Source: Acidimicrobiales bacterium
Lineage (GTDB): Bacteria > Actinomycetota > Acidimicrobiia > Acidimicrobiales > Bog-793
Assembly (NCBI GenBank): GCA_050013835.1
Contig: JBEKEM010000008.1
Coordinates: 32,290-96,289 of the forward strand
Length of the DNA: 64,000 bases
Direction of reading: 5' to 3'
The position numbers and the translations under genes are program-made. Under the pieces are notes generated by a model that was not told where the DNA came from, did no database searches, and saw nothing but the letters and a program-made list of their open reading frames with translations. This document shows, one piece after another, positions 9,776-19,209 of the stretch; position 1 is the stretch's first letter; each line of letters begins with the position of its first letter.

Positions 9776-10393
9776 TTGCCGTCGCTGCAACCCGTAGAGG
9801 AACTGCCCGGGCGGGGTCTCCTCGTCGAGGTCGTCGGTGGCGGCCACGACGGGGAGCTCCTCGTCCTCGTCTCCGAGCGCAGGGGGTCGGGGTGTCGCCG
9901 GGCCGCCGACCTCTTCGGCCCTTGCGAGATCAGCGACGAGGTTCGGGTGACGCTGGCGCTCGTCGAACGAGAACGCCGAGGACCGTCACGCGACACCGCC
10001 AGCGGTGTCGCACGGGGCCGGACGCGTCCGCGCGACAGCCCGGCGCGGGCCCGCACGTCGACGAGCCGGATCGCGGCACGCTGGCTGCTCGAGTCCCTCC
10101 TCGATGAGAACCAGCTCATCTCGTGGCGCGACCACGGCCGTTTCAAGGTGCCCGTCTCCGACGGGATGGTCGAACTCGGCAATCTCTACAACCTGCGCTA
10201 TCACCGGAACGACGGCCGCGAATTCTCTCTCTGCGTCGTTCCCTGTGCGTATCAGTCGCTTCCGCTCGAAGACATCTGGACCAATCTCCTGCTCGTACTG
10301 CGCAGCGACCCTGACAGGTTCTTCCGCGTCGCCAACTACCGCGAGTTCGGCTCGGGCGCGGGGCTGGTCCTGGGACCCGTGCCGAGACTCTGA
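9776..10393 (+). CDS. Hypothetical protein with a Cys-containing C-terminal domain, co-transcribed with the GG-ending protein
   Basis: Starts 1 nt after the upstream stop (TTG; start uncertain). The C-terminal half looks globular: WLLESLLDENQ..W..HGRF...SLCVVP...LPLED...DPDRFFRVAN. Confidence 0.75.
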   Translation: MPSLQPVEELPGRGLLVEVVGGGHDGELLVLVSERRGSGCRRAADLFGPCEISDEVRVTLALVERERRGPSRDTASGVARGRTRPRDSPARARTSTSRIAARWLLESLLDENQLISWRDHGRFKVPVSDGMVELGNLYNLRYHRNDGREFSLCVVPCAYQSLPLEDIWTNLLLVLRSDPDRFFRVANYREFGSGAGLVLGPVPRL

Positions 10394-10484
10394 CGCGACG
10401 GACCTGGCGCCGGACCATCCCGGCGAGGCCGTGCCGACACCGCGCCGGGTCGCCGACGGTCCACCATGACAAGATCCGACGCGG

Positions 10485-10847
10485 TCAGCGTCCCCGCGCG
10501 CGGTCGAGCCGGCGGCGATCCCGCTTCGTCGGACGTCCGCTCGCGGGATCCCGAACGAAGCCAGCCGATTCAGCGCCGCCCGGGGGCTCCGCCGGCGTGT
10601 GATCGATGAAGCAGGCGGCGGCGATCGGCGCCCCGAGCCGCTTGTCGATCACCTCGACGACCTCGAGAATTCGCTCGCGTCCACTGGCCCGCGCCGTGAC
10701 ACGGTCGCCCGTTCTCACGCTGGTGGCCGGCTTCGCGCGGGCGCCGTTGACCCGCACGTGCCCGCTGCGGCAAGCCTCGGTCGACTCGGTGCGGGACTTG
10801 TAGATCCGCACTGCCCAGAGCCAGCGGTCGACCCTCGTCGACTCCAT
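10485..10847 (-). CDS. RNA-binding S4 domain protein (Hsp15/HslR-like)
   Basis: RVDRWLWAVRIYKSRT..ACRSGHVRVNG..KPA, C-terminal GRPTKRDRR. Confidence 0.9.
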   Translation of the reverse strand: MESTRVDRWLWAVRIYKSRTESTEACRSGHVRVNGARAKPATSVRTGDRVTARASGRERILEVVEVIDKRLGAPIAAACFIDHTPAEPPGGAESAGFVRDPASGRPTKRDRRRLDRARGR

Positions 10848-11003
10848 GGCCGCATCGTTGCACGGCGCGGGGACGCGACGGACGCCACCGCCGATCGGCC
10901 CACGCAGGAGCGGTTCGGGCATCGCGATCGGGCGCGCACGGCGAGTCCGGGACCCGCCCGGGGAGACCACTGGCGGGCGCGCTGACGGCCCGGCCGTTTC
11001 AAG

Positions 11004-11791
11004 ATGATCCAGGAACGGGCGAGGGTAAGAATCGCACCGATCCAGTGCGACATCGTCTGGGAGGACGCCCCAGCCAACCATGAACGTTTCGGCGACCGCA
11101 TCACCGCGGCGACCGACGCCGGGGCCCGGCTCGTGCTGCTGCCCGAGATGTTCGCGACGGGCTTCTCGATGGCGACGGAACGCGTCGCCGAAGCCGAGGA
11201 CGGCACGACCACAACGTTCCTCTGCCGGCAGGCGACGTCTCACGGAATCTGGGCGGGCGGGTCGTTCGCGTGCGGGTCCGTGGGGTGCCCCGCGCCCGTG
11301 AACCGCTTCCTCGTCGCCGCGCCCGATGGATCGACCGCCGCCTACGACAAGGTGCACCCGTCCTCTCCCGGTGGCGAGGCGGACCGCTACGTCGCCGGCG
11401 ATCGGCCCGTGACGTTCCAGGTCGATGACCTTCGGGTGACCCCGTTCGTCTGCGACGACCTCCGGACCGGCGACTGGTTCTGCCCGCCGCGCTCCAGACC
11501 GACTGCTACGTCGTCGTCGCCAACTGGCCGGCGCCTCTTCAGAAATGGCGAAGGGCGCCCTTCAGGATGACCTGCTGCGCCACGGGCCATCGAGGATGAG
11601 GCCTATGCCCTCGGCGTGAACCGCGTGGGGGACAAAGGCGATCGGGCATACTTCGGGCAGTGCATCGCATTCGAACCGTTCGGGGCCTCGTCGCCGAGGC
11701 CGGCTCCGGTGAGGAGACGCTCCTCGTCGATGTCGACCCCGGTAACGTCGCCGAAACCCGGTCGAGATTACCTTTCCTCTCAGACAGGTAG
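11004..11791 (+). pseudogene. Frameshifted carbon-nitrogen hydrolase (nitrilase/amidohydrolase)
   Basis: LLPEMFATGF, YDKVHP and FVCDDLR in the first frame; VVVANWP, RAIEDEAYALGVNRVG and EETLLVDVDP..RSRLPFLSDR continue after frame changes. Confidence 0.8.
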
Positions 11792-11797
11792 GTACCC

Positions 11798-12178
11798 ATG
11801 TCGACCAGCGGGAGATTCAACATCCGTTACGGTGCGTTCAGACTCCTCCTGTCGGTGATGGGTCTCGGCCCGCGGTTCTCCGGAGTCGAAGTCGCAGGCG
11901 AGCGCCTGGTGGTGAGGATGGGTTGGGGGTTCTCCGCCGACCTCCCCCGCTCAACAATCCACTCGGCCGAGCAGACCCGCGGGCTGGTCGGCGGGATCGG
12001 CGTGCACGGTTGGCGCGGCCGCTGGCTCGTCAACGGCGCCGCCTCCGGGTTGGTGACGATCGGGTTCGACCCCGCCCAGCGGGCGCGTGTCGTGGGATTC
12101 CCGGTGAAGCTGTCCGCCCTCTGCCTGAGCCTCGAGGAACCCGAACGGTTCGTGATCACGATCGCGCCGGTCACCTGA
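11798..12178 (+). CDS. Hypothetical protein (possible PH-like beta fold)
   Basis: Clean ORF with GC-biased codons; GIGVHGWRGRWLVNG motif. Confidence 0.7.
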   Translation: MSTSGRFNIRYGAFRLLLSVMGLGPRFSGVEVAGERLVVRMGWGFSADLPRSTIHSAEQTRGLVGGIGVHGWRGRWLVNGAASGLVTIGFDPAQRARVVGFPVKLSALCLSLEEPERFVITIAPVT

Positions 12179-12333
12179 CCGGTCGGGCCGGAACGCTGTC
12201 GGCGGGCGCCGTCGGGCGGCGACGACGCCATCGCAGTCGGATCCTCAGCTCGCGTCGGGCGAGAGGACCCGACGGAGCGCAACGGCGGTCGCCTTGCCTC
12301 GACTGCCCGGCGTGTCGCCGGACAGAATCTGCC

Positions 12334-13176
12334 ATGGCCTGGCACCTCACCGACTCGATCGAGGCCTACGCCGAGCGCGTCTGGGACCTGCTCGCTCTCC
12401 AGGCCGATCTCAACACGATCGCGCTGACCCAGATCGCCGGCGCCCGCTCGCCGGCGTCCTGGTCCGGCGATGAACCCACGTTCGCCTGGTGGAGCCACGC
12501 CGGCCGGACCTCTGGGGCCGTGTCGCTGACGCCTCCTTTCGAGCTGCTCTTGAGCGTCGTGCCGGACGGGACGCTGGAAGATCTCGTCGCGGCCCTGCGA
12601 CGACACGTCGGGTCGGTTCCCGGCGTCAATGCCTCGCCGGACGCGGCGACCCGCTTCGCCGAGCTGTGGACCGCCGGCACCTCCCTTTCGACGGTGGAGA
12701 CGCGACGACTTCGCCTCTACGGCACGGCGCAACCCGTGGATCGGGAACCGGCCCCCGCAGGCCGCGCCCGGCTCGCCCGCGCCGACGAGGTCGACCTCAT
12801 CGTGGACTGGCACGGGGCGTTCGGTCAGGAGGTCGGCGACCGGCCAGTCGAAGTGCTCGCTGCCGTGCAGGAGCGCGTCGCCGCCGGCCTCGCCTGGGTC
12901 TGGGAGGACGAGTCCGGCACGCCCACGTCGTTCGCGACGCGGCACCAGCCCGCGGCGGGGGTCTCCCGGGTCGGGCCGGTCTACACGCCTCCCCCTTTCC
13001 GCCGGCGAGGCTTCGGCGCGGCTGTCACCGCGGCATGCACCCGGCACGCGCTTGACACCGACTCGACCACCGCGGTCCTCTTCGCCGACCTCGCCAACCC
13101 GACATCGAACGCCATCTACCAGGCGATCGGTTACCGGATGCTCGAGGACCGGGTCGTGCTGGATTTCGTCGGCTGA
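12334..13176 (+). CDS. GNAT family N-acetyltransferase
   Basis: RVGPVYTPPPFRRRGFG, LFADLANPTSNAIYQAIGY. Confidence 0.88.
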   Translation: MAWHLTDSIEAYAERVWDLLALQADLNTIALTQIAGARSPASWSGDEPTFAWWSHAGRTSGAVSLTPPFELLLSVVPDGTLEDLVAALRRHVGSVPGVNASPDAATRFAELWTAGTSLSTVETRRLRLYGTAQPVDREPAPAGRARLARADEVDLIVDWHGAFGQEVGDRPVEVLAAVQERVAAGLAWVWEDESGTPTSFATRHQPAAGVSRVGPVYTPPPFRRRGFGAAVTAACTRHALDTDSTTAVLFADLANPTSNAIYQAIGYRMLEDRVVLDFVG

Positions 13177-13391
13177 GCCCCCCGCTCGCCCCGCATTCGG
13201 AGGAGCGCTCGCCAAGTCCAGGGAAGGCACGGGTGGAACTAGAGTTTCTCGCGTCGCGCAAGGGCGGCGGGTGTGCCGGGAAGCCTGGTCGGCGAGGAAA
13301 GGACCGTGCCAGTGACCGTCACCGGTCGTCGGGTGTGCCTCTGTCATTCCGTACGGCACACGACGCTTTGGGTGTCTTCGCCCCGGGTCCG

Positions 13392-14822
13392 ATGACCGCG
13401 TCTGAGCCGGCGAACTCCCCACCCGTCGAGGTGCGTGGGCGGAACGGACGGGCGCGGCTGCCGAGCTGGCGGTGGGAGGCGCTCCGCACCACCTTCTGGC
13501 TCGTGCCGACGCTGCTCGTCATCGTTGCCGGCCTCGTCTTCCTCCTCACTTTCGAGATCGACTGGGCCGTCTACCACAAGCACCTTTCGCTGCCCTTCTG
13601 GATCGCCTCAGGCAGCGCCGCAGCAGGCCGTGAGGTGCTCATCGGGATCGCCGCCGCCATCATCACCGTCGTCGGCGTCGTGTTCTCGGTCACGATCGTG
13701 GCGCTGACCCTCGCCTCCCAGCAGTTCGGACCGCGCATGATGCGGAACTTCGTCCGCGACGTCGGCAACCAGTTCACGCTCGGGGTCTTCGTCGCCACGT
13801 TCGTCTACTCGATCATGACCCTCGGCGTGATCTCGGCCGACTCCCATGGGACCTTCGTACCGCACCTCTCGATCACCGTCTCGGAGGCGCTCGTGCTCGT
13901 CGACCTGGCGGTGCTGATCTACTTCATCCACCACATCTCAAAGTCGATCCAGCTGCCCGAGGTCATCGCCAGCATCGGACGCGACCTCGCTCGGGCGATC
14001 GACGCCGAATTCCCCGAGGTCGCTCCCGACGGGCTCCCTTTCCCGGACCCGAGCGGGAGGACCCACGGCGAGCTCCTGGACCTCCTCGACCACCGCGGCG
14101 CCCCTGTCGCCTCGAGCGTGAGCGGCTACTTGCAGTTCGTCGGCTACCGGCAGCTCGTTGACATCGCGACCCGGACCGACTCGGCCATCCGCCTTGTCCA
14201 CAGCCCTGGGCACTTCCTCGTGGCCGGTCGGCCCCTGGCGATGGTCTGGCCGCCAGAGGCCGCCGATAGGGTCGCGATCGCGCTGGCCAAGGCGCACGTG
14301 ACCGGGCCGCATCGCACGCTGATGCAGGACCCGGTCTTCGCAATCGACCAACTCGTCGAGATCGCGATCCGCGCCCTCTCGGCGGCCGTCAACGACACCT
14401 TCACCGCCATCACCTGCATCGACTGGCTCTCGGCGGGTCTGTCCCGTGTCTCCGGACGGATCCTCGCCGAGGGCGTCTACCGGGATCGTGAGGGGCGCAT
14501 CCGGCTCATCGAGACGGACCCCTCCTACGCCCGCATGGTCAACGGCGCCTTCGACAAGATCCGCCAGGCGGCACACGGCATGCCGGCGTTGATCCTCCGC
14601 ATGCTCGACGCCCTCGCCGCGATCGGCGACCTGACCACGACGCCCGAGCAGCGCCTGGTGCTCCTGCGCCAGGGCGAGGCGATCCTGCGCGACGCCGAAG
14701 CGTCCGTGTCGGAACCGAACGACCTCGCCGACATCCGGGCCCACCACCAGCGCCTGCTGCGGAAGTCGGCCGAGCGGGAGGCGGCGACGCAGCGGGCGGC
14801 CGGGCGGGAGCTCGCACCCTGA
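13392..14822 (+). CDS. DUF2254-like membrane protein
   Basis: LTLASQQFGPR..RNF, YFIHHIS.SIQ, QDP.F.IDQLVEIAIRALS..VND..TA. Start approximate. Confidence 0.82.
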   Translation: MTASEPANSPPVEVRGRNGRARLPSWRWEALRTTFWLVPTLLVIVAGLVFLLTFEIDWAVYHKHLSLPFWIASGSAAAGREVLIGIAAAIITVVGVVFSVTIVALTLASQQFGPRMMRNFVRDVGNQFTLGVFVATFVYSIMTLGVISADSHGTFVPHLSITVSEALVLVDLAVLIYFIHHISKSIQLPEVIASIGRDLARAIDAEFPEVAPDGLPFPDPSGRTHGELLDLLDHRGAPVASSVSGYLQFVGYRQLVDIATRTDSAIRLVHSPGHFLVAGRPLAMVWPPEAADRVAIALAKAHVTGPHRTLMQDPVFAIDQLVEIAIRALSAAVNDTFTAITCIDWLSAGLSRVSGRILAEGVYRDREGRIRLIETDPSYARMVNGAFDKIRQAAHGMPALILRMLDALAAIGDLTTTPEQRLVLLRQGEAILRDAEASVSEPNDLADIRAHHQRLLRKSAEREAATQRAAGRELAP

Positions 14823-14974
14823 TCCACGCGGGCGCCCCGCCCGTGTGAGAGGCAGATCGGACGACGGCGGGGAACGGATCGAGGCGACTCGCGGTTCTTT
14901 TTAGCTTCGGGCGCGCGGTACCGGTAACTTTCATCGTTAATGTCAGCTCATCGCTGGCTCCGGGGGGAGGGACG

Positions 14975-16357
14975 ATGACGCTCGATCTGGCGCGCTGGCA
15001 ATTTGCTGTCGTCACGATCTTCCACTTCTTCTTCGTGCCGCTGACGATCGGCCTCAGTTTCTTAGTGGCCATCATGCAGACGCTCGCCTACCGGCAGAAG
15101 GACCCCGGATGGGACAGACTGAGCCGTTTCTTCGGCCGGCTGTTCCTCATCAACCTGGCGGTCGGCGTGGTCACGGGCATCGTCCTCGAGTTCCAGTTCG
15201 GCCTGAACTGGTCCTCGTACTCGGTCTTCGTCGGCAACATCTTCGGGGCCCCGCTCGCCATCGAGGGCCTGCTGGCGTTCTTCCTCGAGTCGACCTTCGT
15301 GGGCCTGTGGATCTTCGGGCGGGGACGCCTCTCGGCCCGCCTGCACCTCGCCACGATCTGGCTGGTCGCCGTCGGCACGGTGCTCTCGGTGCTGTTCATC
15401 CTCGCCGCCAACGCCTGGATGCAGCACCCGGTCGGCTACAAGGTCGTCCACGGTCAGGCGGTGCTCACGAACTTCTGGCTGATCCTCGGCAACTCCACCC
15501 TGTGGGCCCAGTTCGCCCACACCGTGCTCGCCGCCTTCGCCACGGCGGGGGCCCTCACGCTCGCCATCAGCGTCTGGCGGGCGCACCGCGACCGGGACGA
15601 TCCTGCCAGTCGCCGCGCCTTCCAGAGCTGCGCCCACCTCGCCACGGGTTTCCTGCTGACCACAGCGGTGCTCACCGCCGTCGCGGGCGACTCGCTCGGC
15701 CGGGTGATGGACACCCAAGAGCCGATGAAGATGGCGGCGGCAGAGGCCCTCTACCACACGACGAACGGCGCGCCCTTCTCGCTGCTCACGATCACCGACC
15801 TGTCGGACCAGCCGGTCATGCAGATCCGAGTGCCGCACGTGCTCTCGCTGATCGAGGACCTGAGCTGGAACGGACAGGTGCCGGGGATCGACAACATCCA
15901 GGCGGCGGACGTGGCGAAGTACGGGCCCGGCAGCTACGTGCCCATGATCTGGCTCACCTACTGGTCCTTCCGGGCGATGGTCGGCGCCGGGACCCTCATG
16001 ATCCTGCTCGGCGCCTGGGGGATGTACCTCGCCTGGCGCAAGAAGCTCGCTGAGGACCTCTGGTTCCGGCGCGCCGCCCTCGTGGGGATCGCCCTGCCGT
16101 TCCTCGCCAACACGGCCGGCTGGATCATGACCGAGGCGGGCCGCCAGCCCTGGATCGTCTACGGCGTGATGCTGACCGCCAAGGGCGTCTCCGGCGTCAC
16201 CGTCGCCGACGTGGCGGCCACGCTCGCCGCCTTCGTCCTCATCTACTCCGTCCTCGCCGTCATCGAGGTAGCCCTGATGACGCGCTCGGCGCGCCGACCG
16301 CTCGAGGAGCCCGACCTGGGCGCCACGAAGTCGCTCGAGCCGAGCCTCGTCTACTGA
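14975..16357 (+). CDS. cydA: Cytochrome bd ubiquinol oxidase subunit I
   Basis: LARWQFA..TIFHFFFVPLT, EFQFGLNWS, QEPMKMAAAE, EAGRQPW. Confidence 0.96.
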   Translation: MTLDLARWQFAVVTIFHFFFVPLTIGLSFLVAIMQTLAYRQKDPGWDRLSRFFGRLFLINLAVGVVTGIVLEFQFGLNWSSYSVFVGNIFGAPLAIEGLLAFFLESTFVGLWIFGRGRLSARLHLATIWLVAVGTVLSVLFILAANAWMQHPVGYKVVHGQAVLTNFWLILGNSTLWAQFAHTVLAAFATAGALTLAISVWRAHRDRDDPASRRAFQSCAHLATGFLLTTAVLTAVAGDSLGRVMDTQEPMKMAAAEALYHTTNGAPFSLLTITDLSDQPVMQIRVPHVLSLIEDLSWNGQVPGIDNIQAADVAKYGPGSYVPMIWLTYWSFRAMVGAGTLMILLGAWGMYLAWRKKLAEDLWFRRAALVGIALPFLANTAGWIMTEAGRQPWIVYGVMLTAKGVSGVTVADVAATLAAFVLIYSVLAVIEVALMTRSARRPLEEPDLGATKSLEPSLVY

Positions 16358-16366
16358 GAGGTCAAG

Positions 16367-17416
16367 ATGGCGCCCTTCTCCGATCTCAACACGACGTGGT
16401 TCGCCCTCATCGGGCTGCTGTGGACCGGCTACTTCTTCCTCGAGGGGTTCGACTTCGGCGTGGCGGTCGTCACCCCCTTCGTCATCAAGGACGAGACCGA
16501 CCGCCGGCTCTGCCTCAACGCCGTCGGCCCGACGTGGGACGGCAACGAGGTCTGGCTCCTCGTCGCCGGCGGGGCGATGTTCGCGGCGTTCCCGCTGTGG
16601 TACGCGCGCCTGTTCAGCGGCTTCTACCTCGCGCTGTTCCTCGTCCTGGTGGCACTCATCTTCCGGGGGGTCTCCTTCGAGTTCCGGGGGCATGACGACC
16701 GGCCGAGTTGGCGGCGGGTCTGGGACGCCGCCAACTTCCTGGGCAGCCTCGTCCCGGCGATCGTCTGGGGCGTCGCCTTCACCGACCTCGTCCACGGCGT
16801 GCCGCTCTCGCCCGGCGGCCACTACTACGGCGGGCTCCCCGGGCTGCTCCACCCGATCGCCATCGTCGGCGGACTCGCCAGCCTCGCCGTCTTCGTCTTC
16901 CACGGCTCACTCTTCCTCGCGCTGAAGACGAGCGGTGACGTCGCCCGGCGCGCCCGGCGCGCCGCCGGCTACGCCGGCGTCGCCGCCGTCGCCCTGCTCG
17001 GGGGCGTCGTCGCCTGGGTGGCGGAAGCCGGCCGACCGGCAGTGGCCGGTTCGCTCTCAGGGGTGGTGCCGCTCGTCCTCGCCGTCGCCGCCGTCGCCGC
17101 CGTCGCCGTCGCGACGGTGCTCGCCGTCGCCCATCGCGACGGGTGGGCCTTCGCCGCCACCGGTCTGGCGATCATCGCGGCGATGGGGGCCGTGTTCAGC
17201 CGGATGTTCCCGCTCGTCCTGCCGGCGAGCAACCGGGCGGCCAACGCCATCACCATCGCGGCCAGCGCCTCGCAGCACAACACGCTGATGGTGATGACCA
17301 TCGCCGCGGCCTGCTTCACGCCGTTCGTGCTCGCCTACCAGGCCTGGACGTACTGGGTCTTCCGCCAGCGTCTCGTCCGCCCGGTCGCCTCTCCCAGCAC
17401 CGCCGCCGCGCACTAG
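16367..17416 (+). CDS. cydB: Cytochrome bd ubiquinol oxidase subunit II
   Basis: LEGFDFG, GPTWDGNEVWL, RGVSFEFR; follows cydA. Confidence 0.96.
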   Translation: MAPFSDLNTTWFALIGLLWTGYFFLEGFDFGVAVVTPFVIKDETDRRLCLNAVGPTWDGNEVWLLVAGGAMFAAFPLWYARLFSGFYLALFLVLVALIFRGVSFEFRGHDDRPSWRRVWDAANFLGSLVPAIVWGVAFTDLVHGVPLSPGGHYYGGLPGLLHPIAIVGGLASLAVFVFHGSLFLALKTSGDVARRARRAAGYAGVAAVALLGGVVAWVAEAGRPAVAGSLSGVVPLVLAVAAVAAVAVATVLAVAHRDGWAFAATGLAIIAAMGAVFSRMFPLVLPASNRAANAITIAASASQHNTLMVMTIAAACFTPFVLAYQAWTYWVFRQRLVRPVASPSTAAAH

Positions 17417-17418
17417 TC

Positions 17419-19209
17419 GTGCCCGGCCGCTTCGGCGCACGCCGGGGGGCCGGGCCGTTCCGCTCTGCAGCGAACTGCCGGCTCATCGCCGAGCTGCCCG
17501 TCGTCCGGCGCACCGTCGCCGCCTCGGTCGCCGTCGGGCTCGTCTCGACGGCCACCGTCGTCGTCCAGGCGATCGCTCTCGCCCGGCTCCTCGCCGGCGC
17601 GATGCCCGGGGCCCGCCCGGGCGACCGCCTCGCCGCCTTCGTCTGGCTGGGCGCCGCCGCCGCCGTCCGCGGCCTCGCCGCCCTCGCGGGCGAGACGCTC
17701 GCCCACCTCGGCGCGACGAGGACCAAGGCGGACCTGCGGGCGCGGCTCGTGACGGCCGCGTTGCGGCGTGCCCCCTCAGATCCGGGCGGGGGACCCGGCG
17801 AGCTCGCGACCGTGGCCGGGCGCGGGCTCGACGCGCTCGACGTCTACGTCGGGCGGTGCCTTCCCGATCTCGTCCTCGCCGTCGTGGCGCCGATCGCCCT
17901 GGCGATCTCCATCGGCGTGCTCGACTGGATCTCGGGCATCATCGTCGTCACCGCGATCGTCCTGTTCCCGGTGTTCGGCGCGCTCGTCGGCCGGGCGAGC
18001 CTCACCCTGGCGGGGAACCGCTGGCGGCAGGTCGAGGGTCTCGGACGCCAGATCACGGACGTCTTCGAGGGCCTGGCCGTCCTGCGGGCCTTCGACCGCG
18101 CTGCCGAGCAGCGTCGCCGCATCGAGCGCGCCGGCGCCGCCCTGCGGGAGGCCAGCCTGTCGACGCTACGCACCGCCTTCCTCTCTGCGCTCGTGCTCGA
18201 CACGTTGGCCTCGGTCTCGGTCGCCCTCCTGGCGGTCCCATTGGGGCTGCGACTCCTCAACGGGACGGTCGGCCTCTCAGCGGCGCTGGCCGTGCTGATC
18301 GTGGCGCCGGAGGTCTTCCTGCCGATGCGACGGGCGAGCGCCGAGTTCCACGAGAGCACCGAGGGGCTCGCCGCGCTCGCCCGGGCCGTGGCGCTGATCG
18401 GACCGGCGCGGCCCCCGACTCGCACCGTGGCGCGGCCCCCGGTCGGGCTGCCCGTCCCCGACCCGGCGGAGGTCCCGGTGGCCCTGCGCGCCGTGCGTTT
18501 CGAGGTCCCCGGCCGCGACGAGCCGATCCTCGACGACGCCGACCTGACGATCGCGCCGGGAGAGACCGTCGTCGTCATGGGCCCGAACGGGACGGGAAAG
18601 TCGACCGCGGCGGCGCTGCTCCTCGGCTTCGCCTCGCCCGGCCGCGGTGCGGTCACGGTCGGGGAGGCCGACCTCGCCGACCTCGACCCCCGTTCGTGGC
18701 GGCGGCGCCTCACCTATCTTCCCGAGCACCCGGCGCTGCTCGGCCGCACCCTCGCCGAGAACCTGCGCCTCGCCGCCCCCGCCGCGAGCGACGAGGAGCT
18801 CGCCGCCGCCCTCGCCGCCGCGGGCGCGCCGGACCTCGCCCGCGACCTTCCGGACGGGCTCGCCACCCGGCTCGGCGACGGCGGCCGGCCCGTGTCGTCG
18901 GGGGAGCTGCAGCGCATCGCCCTCGCCCGCACGCTGCTCCACCCGGGCTCGCTCTACGTCCTCGACGAGCCGACGGTGCACCTCGACGCGGCCGCGGAGG
19001 CGGCGGTCGTGACCACGCTGCGCCGCGTGCTCGCCGGGCGCAGCGCTTTCATCGTCACGCACCGGCCCGCCGTGGCGGACCTCGCCGACCGGGTCGTGAC
19101 GTTGCAAGGGGGCCGGTTCGTCCCGGCCGGACACCCGCCGCCGACCCGGCGCGGGACAGGCACCCCGCGGCCGGCGGCGGCCGGGGCGGCGAGGTCGGGG
19201 ACGCCATGA
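17419..19209 (+). CDS. cydD: Thiol/heme ABC exporter subunit CydD
   Basis: TM domain plus ABC domain (GPNGTGKST, LDEPT), LRTAFLSALVL, APEVFLP; follows cydB. Start approximate. Confidence 0.88.
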   Translation: MPGRFGARRGAGPFRSAANCRLIAELPVVRRTVAASVAVGLVSTATVVVQAIALARLLAGAMPGARPGDRLAAFVWLGAAAAVRGLAALAGETLAHLGATRTKADLRARLVTAALRRAPSDPGGGPGELATVAGRGLDALDVYVGRCLPDLVLAVVAPIALAISIGVLDWISGIIVVTAIVLFPVFGALVGRASLTLAGNRWRQVEGLGRQITDVFEGLAVLRAFDRAAEQRRRIERAGAALREASLSTLRTAFLSALVLDTLASVSVALLAVPLGLRLLNGTVGLSAALAVLIVAPEVFLPMRRASAEFHESTEGLAALARAVALIGPARPPTRTVARPPVGLPVPDPAEVPVALRAVRFEVPGRDEPILDDADLTIAPGETVVVMGPNGTGKSTAAALLLGFASPGRGAVTVGEADLADLDPRSWRRRLTYLPEHPALLGRTLAENLRLAAPAASDEELAAALAAAGAPDLARDLPDGLATRLGDGGRPVSSGELQRIALARTLLHPGSLYVLDEPTVHLDAAAEAAVVTTLRRVLAGRSAFIVTHRPAVADLADRVVTLQGGRFVPAGHPPPTRRGTGTPRPAAAGAARSGTP

